Of a stretch of 64,000 bases of DNA, positions 33,646 through 44,582 are shown in pieces (within the stretch, counting starts at the first letter, position 1; every line of letters starts with the position of its first letter). The translations under genes were made by a program, and so were the position numbers. The stretch comes from Vicugna vicugna. Taxonomy: Eukaryota. The DNA is taken from assembly GCA_013265495.1 (NCBI GenBank), contig MU057989.1, positions 1,257,513 through 1,321,512 of the forward strand, in the 5' to 3' direction. Below the pieces are notes generated by a model. That model was not told the origin of the DNA and did no database searches. It worked only from the letters and a program-made list of their open reading frames with translations.

Positions 33646-35889
33646 CTGTGGGAGAGAAACAGCTGACACAGGCTGGATGGGTACCAGCCAGAATGTCCTG
33701 CTTCCAGCTCAAAATGACCTCTCCCAAGGCTGGGAATCACAGCCCAGGGTTTCTGAGCTGACACCTCTGCCCACGTGGTGGCAGGCTGAAAGTCCTCAAG
33801 AGGAGGACACCTCTGGAAACTGCGGGCAAATGCTACAGGCCTCTGCCTGCAACAGGCGTCCCCAAGAGCCCTGCGGCCCAGGGTGGCCAAGTGCCCAGCA
33901 TCGGGAGGTTGGCAGGATAGGCAGGAAGCTCCTCGGATCACCAGGTACCTGCATTCACCCAAAACCCAGCTCAGGTGAATGAACACAAGCGCCGGACCCC
34001 AGTCTGGGCCCACAGGGGATTCACAAACAGGACAGACTAGAGGCCACCTAACCCTAACAGACCCTCATCACATCCACAGGGAAGACACACACGTCTCTGA
34101 AAATGCAGCAAGAGGTGGGCTGTGCACGCAGGAGAGACCCCAAGGTTAGAGGTCAGGATAGACTTCCTGGAGGAGGCACAATGGACCCAGAATACAGAGG
34201 GTGGAACAGGTTAGGACATCAGGCAGGCAGGGGGCTGGGGTGACATGCCTGACCTAGGAGTTCTCTGCCCCCTGACAACCCCAGGAGCCAAGGCTGGCCC
34301 ATCTGTAGGAGTGCACCTGACCCAAGCCTGGCAGCCAGGTTGTCTCTTGAGGGAATTAAGCCAGGAATGGGAAGGTCAAGTGACAGGGTGCCTTAGGGAC
34401 TGGCCTGGGTAGAGGTCAGCCAGCTGGGAGGGAGCTGTCTAAGGCCTGTGTGTCCAGCTGCTCCTTCAGTTCTGGAAGCTCCCCAAGAGTCTCCCAATAA
34501 ATCCCTTTTTAGCTTAAGCAAGCTAGAGTTGGTCTCAGTTCTTTGCAACCAAACAACCTGAACTCCTCAGCTCTGGGGGACCAGGATGGGAGGTGGGGCA
34601 CACAGAGTGAGCCAGAGCCCAGAGGGGAAATGAGACTGATGGTTTCAGGGGGCAGGGCCAGGCCAGGGTTCAGGTGTGAGGGGCAGCAGAGGATGTGAGC
34701 AGGACAGCTAGGCCTGCGTCACCATCTTACTGCCTGCCTCCCCAGTGGGGCCGAGAAGGTACACTTTCCTCCCAGGCCAGAGCTGGACCCTGGGCATCCG
34801 GGCCAGAGGAAACAAAGAGGAGAAGGGGTAGACGGGGACAAGCACTCCTTGGGACAGCCCCAGCCTAGACCCCCTGACATCCCACCCTGCAGGCTCCTCA
34901 CTGGACAGAGCCTGGCATCAATGAGAATGCTCTGAGTGCTCAGCGGTGACAGCAGGCCTGTGTCCTTCGCATGCACTTATCTCACCAAATGCTCACAACA
35001 ACACATCAGGGTGGCACTGTAGCATCATCCCCAACTGAAGGATGAGGACACGAGGACAGAGAGGTTAATTAATTTGCCCAGAGCTGCACAGTTAAGAAGG
35101 GGCAAGGCTGAGGGTCAGGCAGGCAGTCCAGCTTCAGAACCTACAACCTCAGCACAACACGTGGCCTTTCCCGAGTCAGAGCAGGGCCTCCGCCACCATC
35201 CCACAGCCCAGACGTGCAGAAACACTCTCAAGATGCTTCCTAGCACTCTGCTTCCACGGACCAAAGGGCTGCTTGGCCCTGAGCCAAGGGGCAGAAGGTG
35301 CTCCTGAAGGTGGGGCGGCAGCCAGAACCCAGACCACCACAGTCTCCCCCCGCATCAGCACCTAAGAGGGCAGAATGGTGCCTGGTGCCTGGAAAGCAGG
35401 TTCTGAGGAGCTGGAGCTTAGTTTCCCCTAGAGCAGCTTCCTGGCAAGGCTGCTCCTGCAATGAGAGGCTCCAGATAGCCACAGTGAGGCTACAGTCCGC
35501 TGATAGAAGCTTGATCCAGCTTCTAGTTGGAGCCCCCCAGTAACAGGGAGCTCACCATCTTATAGGTAACACCAACATGGGCAGCATCCCCAGGAGAAAT
35601 AAGCAACAAGAAGCAAACAGCATGGTGCCTAACCCGGGTTCCGATTCTGGCTCTGCCAGCAGCAGTGCCCACACTGCTAAGTTCTTCATCTCTTTGAGCC
35701 TCAGTTTCCTTAGCTGAAAAATGGGTTACTTAAAAACCTACTTCAAAAATGTATGAGAATGGATGAGAAAGCAGACTTTGTCTCCGTTGGAGGACACAAA
35801 TGATCGCAAAAACATTACAGCAAACGAAAGAGACCAGATTAGAAAGACCGTGTATGGTATGAGTCCGTTTATGCCCAGAAAAGGCCAGT

Positions 35890-36105
35890 CTATAGAGCAA
35901 ACGTTTTCTGTGAAGGGTGAGGTAGGAAATGTTTTAGTTTTTGAGGGACATACGGTCTCTGTCTCCTCAACTGTTGGAAAGCAGTTGTTGGAAAAAGCAG
36001 CCACAGCCTGTAAGTCAATGAAGAGGTGTGGCTGTGTTCCAATAAAACTATTTACAAAGCCCGGCAGCGGGCCAGATTTGGCCACACGGTAGCTTCAGCC
36101 TCCGC
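35890..36105. mobile_element. MER58-like hAT element in the opposite orientation, inside an old L1 remnant (~35760-36330)
   Basis: GCAAAC.TTTTCTGT.AAGGG..GTGTGGCTGTGTTCCAATAAAACT..GGGCCAGATTTGGCC. Confidence 0.75.
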
Positions 36106-37123
36106 TGCAGAGGCTGGAAGATCAACGGACATCTGAGGCTGCAGGGCTTCAGGGAGACACATACTAACTGCCAAGAGGCGCAAGGGGTCTTCCCGGGATG
36201 ATGGAAATGTTCTAACGCCGTGGGGTGGGATACGCAGCCCAGTAACTTTAATAAAAATCATCAAATTCTTCAGTTCAAACAAGTAACGTTCATAGTATGT
36301 AAATGAGACCTCAATAAAGTTGTTTTAAGTTTTAAAATAGGACTAGATGACAAAACACAGATAACACACTTAGCACCCAGGGAGCTCTCCATCAATCTTC
36401 ACTATGGTCATTTTATTCACCGCCACCATCATCGTCAGGACCACTACACTGGGCTGCACACCCAGACCAGGGACCAAGGATCAGCCCCTTTCCCTCACCC
36501 AGGGCTGCCCAAAAGGCAGCCGGGAATGCAGGCCAGAGGGTCTGGGCTCACGGCCACCGCAGCTGGACAGGGAGAGAGGAGGCAGCCGGGCCGGTACTGT
36601 TGCAGCCCAAGGAGAGCAAACTGTTCCCTCAAACAGGCGGGCTGCCAGGAGGGCTACTGGGCGCCCCCAGAAGCAGCTGCAGTGGTGAACAAAAGCTCTC
36701 TTTGTGAGGGCCCATCTCTGACCCTACAGCACAACCAGCCCCCTCCCTGGACAGCCCTAAGCAGCCTGGCTGGGGAGGATGCCTGGCGGTGAGAGGTGGT
36801 CTGCTGGGCTCCAGGCGAGCAGACAGGGCTAAGAACCACACAGAGCTGAGTCCTCTGAGGGAGCCTGGAGCCTGGCCCTGGCCAATGTATATCCCCTTCC
36901 TTCTGGCCTGACCACCTGGAGCACCAAGCTTCCCTCCTCTCTGCCCAGGCTGGAATTCGCAACCAGGAACCAGCCTTCCAATCTGGACCTCATCTGTCAG
37001 GAGGTGAAGTGAGGATAGTAGGAGGGACCAGGGAAGCCACAGAGCTGCAGGACCAGATAAGAATGAATCCTGGCCCCAGGGAGGGAGGGGAAGAGTTCCA
37101 GGTTTCCTCCAGTCCCCACTCAC

Positions 37124-37198
37124 CTGAATGGCAGCCCAAGTGGGTCACATGTCTCTTGTCCTCTTCCTGGCCTTCCAGAGGCACAATGCCCAGCACAC
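37124..37198 (-). CDS. CORO7: Coronin 7 exon 3 (GVLGIVPLEGQEEDKRHVTHLGCHS-D)
   Basis: CAG acceptor, GTGAGT donor, 75 nt, phase 1-1. Confidence 0.96.
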
Positions 37199-37993
37199 CT
37201 GTCAAACAAACACGGGGGCTCTGACTCCACTGCCCAGGGTTTCCAGAGGCCACAAGACCCAAAAGCTTAGCACTGGACTTTCCCACAGCCTCCACCAAGC
37301 GTAAGACCACACCCCTCCGGACAGAGCGATTGGCCCAAGGTTAGGTTCTGCACCATGCAAGAGCCTTCCGTGACACTGACTGTGCAAAGACACTAAGGAC
37401 AAAGGTTGTCTCTTTATGGCCCTGTGGGTCAAAAGAGGACAGTTTGGGGCTACTAGCTGCCACTTTTCTTAGCTATACCTGAGAAAGAAGCTATCGCCCA
37501 AAGGCAGCAGAGCAGAGGAACAGGGAGAGAGGTCAGGATACAGTAAAATACAGCTCTGCCCGAAGTCTCTGGCATTCTTAGTTATACAAGTCAAAAAGGT
37601 ATCCCCTTTTGCTTAAGTCAATGTGAGGCCTGAGTTATCACTAGCAACCAAGAGTCCCAACTAACACAAGGAGATTTTGTGTTCCTACTGACTACAGTTG
37701 CCCCCAGATGAGTGCATGTGGGAACAGCTGGAAACAAAAGTGACAGCCCCCTCCCCACCTTTCTGGCCAAGCCTAAAGACCATAGCCAACATGGTTTATA
37801 CCATGCGCGCAGTGAAGTTGACCTGCCCACTGCACGCTGACCAGTCTGTGGAGGTCTAAGTCCCTTTATGGTGCTGACCTCTGAACCCAGAGAGGCCCCT
37901 CCAAGCTTCTGGCCTATAACAAGTCTGCCCGTCTGCTCCACTCGACCTAGGGTGACAATGTCCAAATCTCCACATCCATGTTCACCTCCCTAC

Positions 37994-38090
37994 CTGGACG
38001 GTCAGAAATGAATGCAATCAAGCGGCAGCTGGACTTGATATGGTTCCCACAGGAGGGGGTAGTTCCTGCTCGAATGTCATTGATCCAGGC
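37994..38090 (-). CDS. CORO7: Coronin 7 exon 2 (AWINDIRAGTTPSCGNHIKSSCRLIAFISDRP-G)
   Basis: TTTTCAG acceptor, GTAGG donor, 97 nt, in frame with neighbouring exons. Confidence 0.96.
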
Positions 38091-39139
38091 CTGAAAATAA
38101 AGAACAATAAACATGCTGGTTGGGGCTCTGCCTAAAGCAAGGGGTAGGGCATAGAGCATAATCCAGGGAACTCCACCTTAAAGCTGCACCACTGGAGATG
38201 CATTTCTTTGGATCAAACCTGACCCCACTCACACAGTTCTTTAGAAAATGCAAAACGTCCTTAAAACCATAACCTGTCATAAAGGGGTCGATTTTGCTTA
38301 TTAAGTAAGTTCTCCAATAAGTGGGAGGAAGCCGTCAGAAAGATCAGGCTGGACAAAGTCAAGAGGCTAACTGGGCAGTGTGTGTGTTCGGGTGGGGAGG
38401 GGGAGGGGTGATTATTCTATTAAAAGCGAGAAAGAGAAACAGAAAAAGGAGGAAGTAAACACCTAGGAAGACAGACTTGACTTCCTCAAATGAATTGCTG
38501 AAGGCCTGCCTTCACCAAGCATAGGGTCTCCTCCAAGCCCCAGGAGAAACATCCAAGCTCAGATAGGGGGAAATCAAGGCCTTTCCACAAAGTCCCATAG
38601 ATGGGTGAACAACACATCCCATGAAAAGGCAGTGATGTTAACACCCCCACATGACGAGGAGCAGAGGAACACTTTTCCTGAAACTGAGATCAGCAAGGTC
38701 CCAACGTTTTCTGTTTTCTGTTGGCGTCAGAGCACCGTGCAGCACTCCTCCCTGCCGTCTGACACTCCTCCCTGCCCACCTTTCCCAGCCCACTCACCCA
38801 CAGCACCCCGGAAACCACACCCACTACCCAAGTTTCTATTTCAATGTTCACCCACCACAGGTAGAACGTTATCATCTTGCATTATTCTTCCCTCCAGATT
38901 CATGTTTACTGTACAAATACAGTGGCAGGAAATATCTCTGAAAAGGAGAACAGATCACCTGTTCTCCCATCTCCCTAACATAAACTGTTGTAAGTTATCC
39001 CTGTAATCCCTAGCTCCATGCCTGTTTACCTTGCTGGACTGCGGCCCACCCAGGAACAAGCCCCAGGGCCCCTCAAGTACACTCCAGACCCCTCCAAGCA
39101 GTACTTACTGCACTCAGAGAGACAGTCTTGATGCAAATG

Positions 39140-39620
39140 TGAGAACCTCTCCACCACCAACACCCCCTTCAAACTTTCAGTGGTTCCGCACTGCACTGAG
39201 GATAAAACCCAACTTCGTCCTGTGGTCCTCAGGCTCTGCAGGACCACTCTGGACTCATCTGACACCATGCTTCCCTGTCACTGCCCTCCATCCAGCCTGG
39301 GCCACTTTCCTTCTTCCACCAGGCTCTTTCCTACCCTATTCTTCCCATGGCTGGCTGCTTCCCACCCTTCCCACCTCAGCTTAAATGTCACTTCCTCCCA
39401 GTAGCCTTCCTGGACCATCCTAGTGAGATTAACCTCACCTCTAGGCCCATCTCCATCTTTATCCTGGCCCCTAAGTGTGTTCTTCAGTGCACTTATTAAA
39501 ATATGTGTTACACTTGCATGCCTGTCTGCTTGCTGGCTGTCTCCCTCATGAGACTGTAAGCACCAGAGGACGGAAAAACGCTGTCTTGTTCATCATTGTG
39601 GCTCCAGCAGGGATGTGCCC
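39140..39620 (+). mobile_element. L2 3' remnant (similar remnants at ~48900-49260 and ~53690-53835)
   Basis: TCAGCTTAAATGTCACTTCCTC..AGCCTTCC..GACTGTAAGC..GTCTTGTTCA motifs typical of L2 ends; strand assignment is tentative. Confidence 0.55.
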
Positions 39621-39949
39621 AGAAAATACCATCTAGAGGATGAAAACCTGGCTTCTGCTCCAGGCTGCCCTGATGTGCGATGGCCCCTGATTGGGGTCAC
39701 CAGAGGTCACTTTCTAGGCCCAATGATTGGAAGACACTCCCAGGCCTTACAAATAATGTTTTCCCTGCAGACCAGAGCTGGCATCAGTTCTGAAACATAT
39801 TCCTCATCAGGCCTGCTGCCCTTCCGGAGGTCCGAGGCGCCCCCCACCACCTGGTTCAGCCTTTCGTCTGGGCTCCACCTGCTCGGGCTTCCCCAGGCCC
39901 CATCAGCCTCTGGCAGCATCACCCTGAGTAACAGAAGCACTAGAGCCAG

Positions 39950-40850
39950 CCACGAGAGGAAGCACCGGCGGAAACCCGAGGGAGGGGCGCGCCTTTGGCC
40001 AGAAGCTCTCCCACTCCAGCTGACACACCCGGACTTGCTGAGGCCAGGGCAAAGAGGGACATCTCTCTTATTCCCCAGCCCCGGGCAGGGGCGATCGGAG
40101 CGGCAGGGAGGAGGAGTCCCGGCTCTCAGGCAAAGCCGACCGGAAGCCTGGAAGGCAGGCAGCCTAGCAGGCCTCAGGCCTCGGCCCCGTCAGGCGGTTT
40201 GCGCCGCCTTGGGGGTCCCAGGGCGAGGCGGCCGGGCCAGCGGACCGCGGGGCTCATCCGGAGGCCAGAGAATGTACCGGGAGCGCCAGACTCTTACCAC
40301 CATGAGGCGGCGGGGCGAACCAGACGCCGGGCCCAATCCTGAAGGGGGCGCCCCGGGGAAGGCGGGCTCGGGGGTCTCCGCTCGGGGCAAGAGGAAGGGG
40401 AGGGGTGGCCGCCGGGCAAGGGGCGACCGCGGCCGGGCTCACCTCTCGGCGGGACGGCCGAGCCTCCGTGTGCCGGAACTTGGACACCTTAAAGCGGTTC
40501 ATGGCGGCGAGGACTGCGACGGGCGCAGCTTCGAAGACCCGGGCGTCGGCTCTCAGGTGCACCGCGAGAAGCCGCGACTCCCGCCGCCTCCGGCCCCACC
40601 CGCGGCCCGCCGCCTGCAGCCACGCCCCGGCGCACCCCCGGCCAATCGCAGCCGGCTCCGGCCCGTCGAGTCACGCCCCCAGCCCCTCTTCCTCCGCGCG
40701 CGCGCGCGGTAGGCCACGCCCCCTGGCCAATTGCCGCTCGGCCGCCCCACGAGGCCACGCCCCGATGCCGACGGGCTGGCAGAGGCGGCCTGGAGGTCAC
40801 GTGCAGCGCGCTGCCCGCCCCCGGCCCGGCCAGGCGTGTGGGACGAGGGG
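39950..40850 (-). promoter_or_regulatory. CORO7: CpG island / CORO7 promoter with four CACGCCCC (Sp/KLF) boxes, two CCAAT boxes, a (CG)7 tract and a GTCACGTG E-box
   Basis: High CpG density. CACGCCCC at 40621, 40672, 40715 and 40756; CCAAT at 40642 and 40727; (CG)7 at 40695-40708; GTCACGTG at 40796-40803. Confidence 0.85.
40443..40502 (-). CDS. CORO7: Coronin 7 coding exon 1 (MNRFKVSKFRHTEARPSRRE)
   Basis: GCCGCCATG Kozak start at 40502; coronin N-terminal SKFRH signature; donor GTGAG at 40442; 60 nt. Confidence 0.97.
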
Positions 40851-41859
40851 CAACAGCTGTGATTTTGTGTGCAGGGATTTGCCCTGGGAGTCTATCCAGT
40901 CTGCAGGACACGCCCTTCTCGGGGAGGAGAGAGAGCAGAAATGAACTAGCTCCAATACGGACACAGGGAATGCTCTCAGGGAGAGAGGCACCGCTGGCCC
41001 GGGTCACACAGATAGTGGCAGCGGAGGGGAGCCCAAGTCTGATGCAAATCCCTAGCCGTGGGGCCTACTCTAAAGACTCCGCATCCCACCCACCCTGCTT
41101 AGGTCAGGTGGACTCGGTAGGAGGGGAGATGGGGCCCTCAGCGTTCCTTATTTGACTAAGTCTTGGCTGCAGGCCTTGGGCGCGGTGGGGCAAGTTCCTA
41201 GAAGGAAATCAATCAATTACAGATAAGCTGAAAGGGCAGAAGATAAGGGCAAAGGGGAATCCCTTAAATAGCAAATGTGCCTAACCTGCTTAGCCCCCGG
41301 ACAACTCTGGAGAAAAAGAGAGCAGCACCTGGGGCCATTCATTCCACAAGCCTTTCTCTTTGCTTTGAAAATCGACTCCGTGATTCCAGAATACGCTTTC
41401 TGCTTGAGAACAGACAGAACACCTGCTCAGGCGTGTCTGGAAAAGGGACTTTGACCTGAGGAATGAGAGTGATTGGTCGCAACAGTGCTGTGAAAATTCA
41501 CCCTCTGCATTCACCCTCCGCAGCCTGCAGCAGTCAGCGGCCTTAACCAAGGGTAATTCTGAAAGCTTGGCCTGGAGAAGGGCATGAAGGGACCCATTGC
41601 CAAAAGATGCAAGTTCTTTTTTTTCAGTTCTCACAAGTAAACTGTGGTGACTCCGAGGCCACTTACTGAGTTAAGAACAACCTTGATCTCCATCAACTAA
41701 AGATAGGATGTCAGTAGAGTTGACTGAGGCCTAGGATTTGGAATTCTAAGCAGTCTGGCAGCCACTGGAGTACAACTTTCCCATGGTACATACTCTTTAG
41801 ACTCTGGAATTCCTGCCTTGAGTTGGTTGAGATATTCAATCACTATAGCTATTTCTATT

Positions 41860-42218
41860 GCTTTTTTTTAAACTGTGCCAAAAAACATAAAATTTAACAT
41901 TTTTATGTGTACAGTTCAGTAGTATTAAAGACATTCACAGTGTTGTGTGACCGATATCCAGAACTTTTCCATGCAAAGCTGGAACTATACCCATTAAACA
42001 ACAGCTCCCATTTCCCCCTCTTCCTCAACCCCTGGTAGTCACCATTCCACTTTATGCTTCTATGAATCTGACTACTTTAAATACCAAATACAAGTGGAAT
42101 CATACACCATTTGTCCTTTTGGGACTGGCTTATTTCATTTGGTGTAACGTCCTCAAGATTCATCCATGCTGGAGCTTGTGGCAGACTTTCTAGCCTTTTT
42201 AAGGCAGGGTAATATTTT

Positions 42219-42260
<42 letters not shown>

Positions 42261-42612
42261 AACATAATTTGTTTATTCATTTGTCCATCAATGGTCACTT
42301 GGGTTCACCTGCTTCTTGGCTATTATGAATAATGCTGCTAAGATTATGAGTGTGCAAATATCTCTTTGCGATTCTGCTTTCAGTACTTTTGCTTATATTG
42401 TTTGTTTTCTGAGGAGGAGGTAATTAGGTTTATTCATTGATTTCTGCTTGGAGGAGGTACTGGGGATTGAACCCGGGACCTCTTGGGTGCCGAGCATGCG
42501 GTCTACCACTTGAGCTATACCCTACCCCAATACTTTTGGATATATACCCAGAAGTGGGATTGTTGTATCATATGGTAGTTCTATTTTTAATTTTTTGAGT
42601 GATCTCTATACC
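41860..42612 (-). mobile_element. L1 3' fragment, antisense, containing (TG)n at ~42220-42252
   Basis: Poly-T at 41862; TGTACAGTTCAGTAGT, TGGCTTATTTCA and CCCAGAAGTGGGATTG motifs. Confidence 0.85.
42400..42529 (-). mobile_element. tRNA-Ala-derived SINE inserted in an L1 fragment
   Basis: Reverse complement of the same head and tail, flanked by a TACTTTTG duplication. Confidence 0.85.
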
Positions 42613-42789
42613 AGATATTACTTTTAGAATTGGGTTACTAAAAACTAAACATTTAGAGCCATCCTTTAGTTACTGTTGGTTGTTTGGTTAATTCTACAGT
42701 ATGCAGCAACCCCTATTTTCAGCAACAGTATTTGATTTATAACTTTCTGGTAAGAGAACATTCAGACATTATATATTGTGGTTCAAATA

Positions 42790-43995
42790 TAAATCAACTA
42801 TAGACCTAAAACTATAAATTCTTAGAAGAAAACATGGGGCAAAAGCTTCACAACTTTGGATTTGGCAATGGTTTTTTTGGCTAAGACACCAAAGGTACAG
42901 GCAAAAGGGGAAAAATAGACAAATTGGACTTCATGAAAATGTTTTAAATTTTTATGCATCAAAAGACACTATGAACAGAATAAAAAGGCAACCCAAAAAT
43001 GGGAGAAATTATCTGCAAATTGTACATCTAATAAGGGATTAGTATCCAGAATAAAGAGGAACTCCTACAACTTAACAACAAAAAAACCCCACTTAATTAA
43101 AATATGGGCAAAGGACTTGATAGATATTGCTCCAAAGAAGATATACACATGGCCAATAGCACATGAAAGGATGCTCAATGTCACTACTAATCAGGGAAAT
43201 GCAAATCCAAACTACAACAAGATGCCACCTCACACCCAATAGGATGGCTGCTATCAAAAAAAGAAAAAAACAAAACACAGAAACACAGAAAATTACAAGT
43301 GTTGATGAGAATGTAGAGTAGTTGGAACCAGTAGTTGGAACCCTTGTACACCATTGTTGGGAATGTACAATGGTATACTGGAGCAAACAGTATGACAGTT
43401 CCTCAGAAATTTAAGAACAAAACTGCCACATGATCCAACAATGTCACTTCTGGGTATATACCCAGAAGAATTGAAAGCAGGGTCAGGAGAGATATTTGCA
43501 CACCTATGTTCATAGCAGCATTACTCACAATAGCTAAAACATGGAAGCAACCCAAAAGTACACTGATGGATGATTGGATAAGCAAAATGTGGGATATACA
43601 TTCTAATGGAATATTATATAAAATAATTAGCTTTTAAAAGGCAAGAAAATATGCAAGATGCTACAACATAGATAAACCTTGAGGGCATTATGCTAAGTGA
43701 AGCCAGTAATAAAAAGACAAATTCTGTATGATTCCACTTACATGAGGTACTTAGAGTCATCAAAATCATAGAGACAGAAAGTAGAATGGTGGTTGCCAGG
43801 GTCTGGGAGAGGAGAAAGTGGGGAGTTTAATGGGTATAGTGTTTCAGTTTTATAAGATGGAAAGAGTTCTGCAGATGGATGGTGGTGACTGTTGCACAAA
43901 ATTATTAATATATCTAATACAACTGAACTGTGCACTCAAAATGGTTAAGATGATACATTTTATGTAATGTGTGTTTTCCCACAAGAAAAAGTATA
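42790..43995 (+). mobile_element. L1 ORF2 end and 3' UTR (L1MA/MB-like)
   Basis: CTGGGTATATACCCAGAAGAATTGAAAGCAGGG, CATAGCAGCATT and AAAATGGTTAAGATG motifs with an A-rich end. Confidence 0.87.
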
Positions 43996-44247
43996 TATAA
44001 ATCAACTGTACACCTATTGGAAAGGTTCATTGCAAACCTCCCAAAATTGTTGTCACTTGATGTCACTTCATTGTTATCCCTGAATTACATATTTTTTGAA
44101 TGTACCATTATGTCAGATGGGCCTAAATGGGCAGCCAGAAAGTGTGAAAGACTTTACTCCCCAGAGGTAATGGACATGCCATGGGCTAAATCTGGTCTAC
44201 TGATATGTTTTAGTTGGTTCATACAGTATTTAAAAATTGGGAAGCTT

Positions 44248-44380
44248 CGGCAGATGGGAAGGGTATAGCTCAGTGGTAGAGTGTGTGTTTACCACGCATG
44301 AGGTCCTGGGTTCAGTCTCCCCCGTATCTACATTACAACAAATAAGTAAACTTAATTACTGCCCCTGCCTCCCCCCACAA
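44248..44380 (+). mobile_element. tRNA-Ala-derived SINE inserted in a MER102-like element
   Basis: SINE head and tail; TSD AAAATTGGGAAGCTT on both sides. Confidence 0.85.
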
Positions 44381-44441
44381 AATTGGGAAGCTTTAAAAAA
44401 AAAAGCTTGGATTTCAGTATCTCTTGAAAAACTGAAAAATC

Positions 44442-44582
44442 TAGGGGGAGGGGATAGCTCGAGTGTTAGAGCATATGCTTAGCACACATGGGTTCCTGGG
44501 TTCAATCCCCAGTCTCTCCTTTAAAAATAAATAAACCTAATTACCCTCCCCTCCTCAAACAAAAACAAACAAGCGAAAAATC
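44442..44582 (+). mobile_element. Second tRNA-Ala-derived SINE inserted in the same MER102-like element
   Basis: SINE head and tail; approximate TSD ACTGAAA(A/G)ATCT. Confidence 0.85.

Noticed and set aside
1..39600. Many 60-216 aa GC-rich ORFs in CORO7 introns (e.g. 3468-4076, 5547-6143, 18328-18978)
   Set aside because: Many have non-ATG starts, they overlap in several frames, are P/G/A/R/S-biased and show no domains; expected by chance at this GC content.
39615..40712. 365-aa plus-strand ORF antisense to CORO7 exon 1
   Set aside because: Starts at GTG next to an L2 remnant, runs through a stop-poor CpG island, is low-complexity R/G/P/A and has no recognisable domain.
41860..43995. Oppositely oriented L1 fragments suggesting one 5'-inverted (twin-primed) insertion
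   Set aside because: Both pieces contain L1 3' ends with their own A/T tails, which fits two independent insertions.
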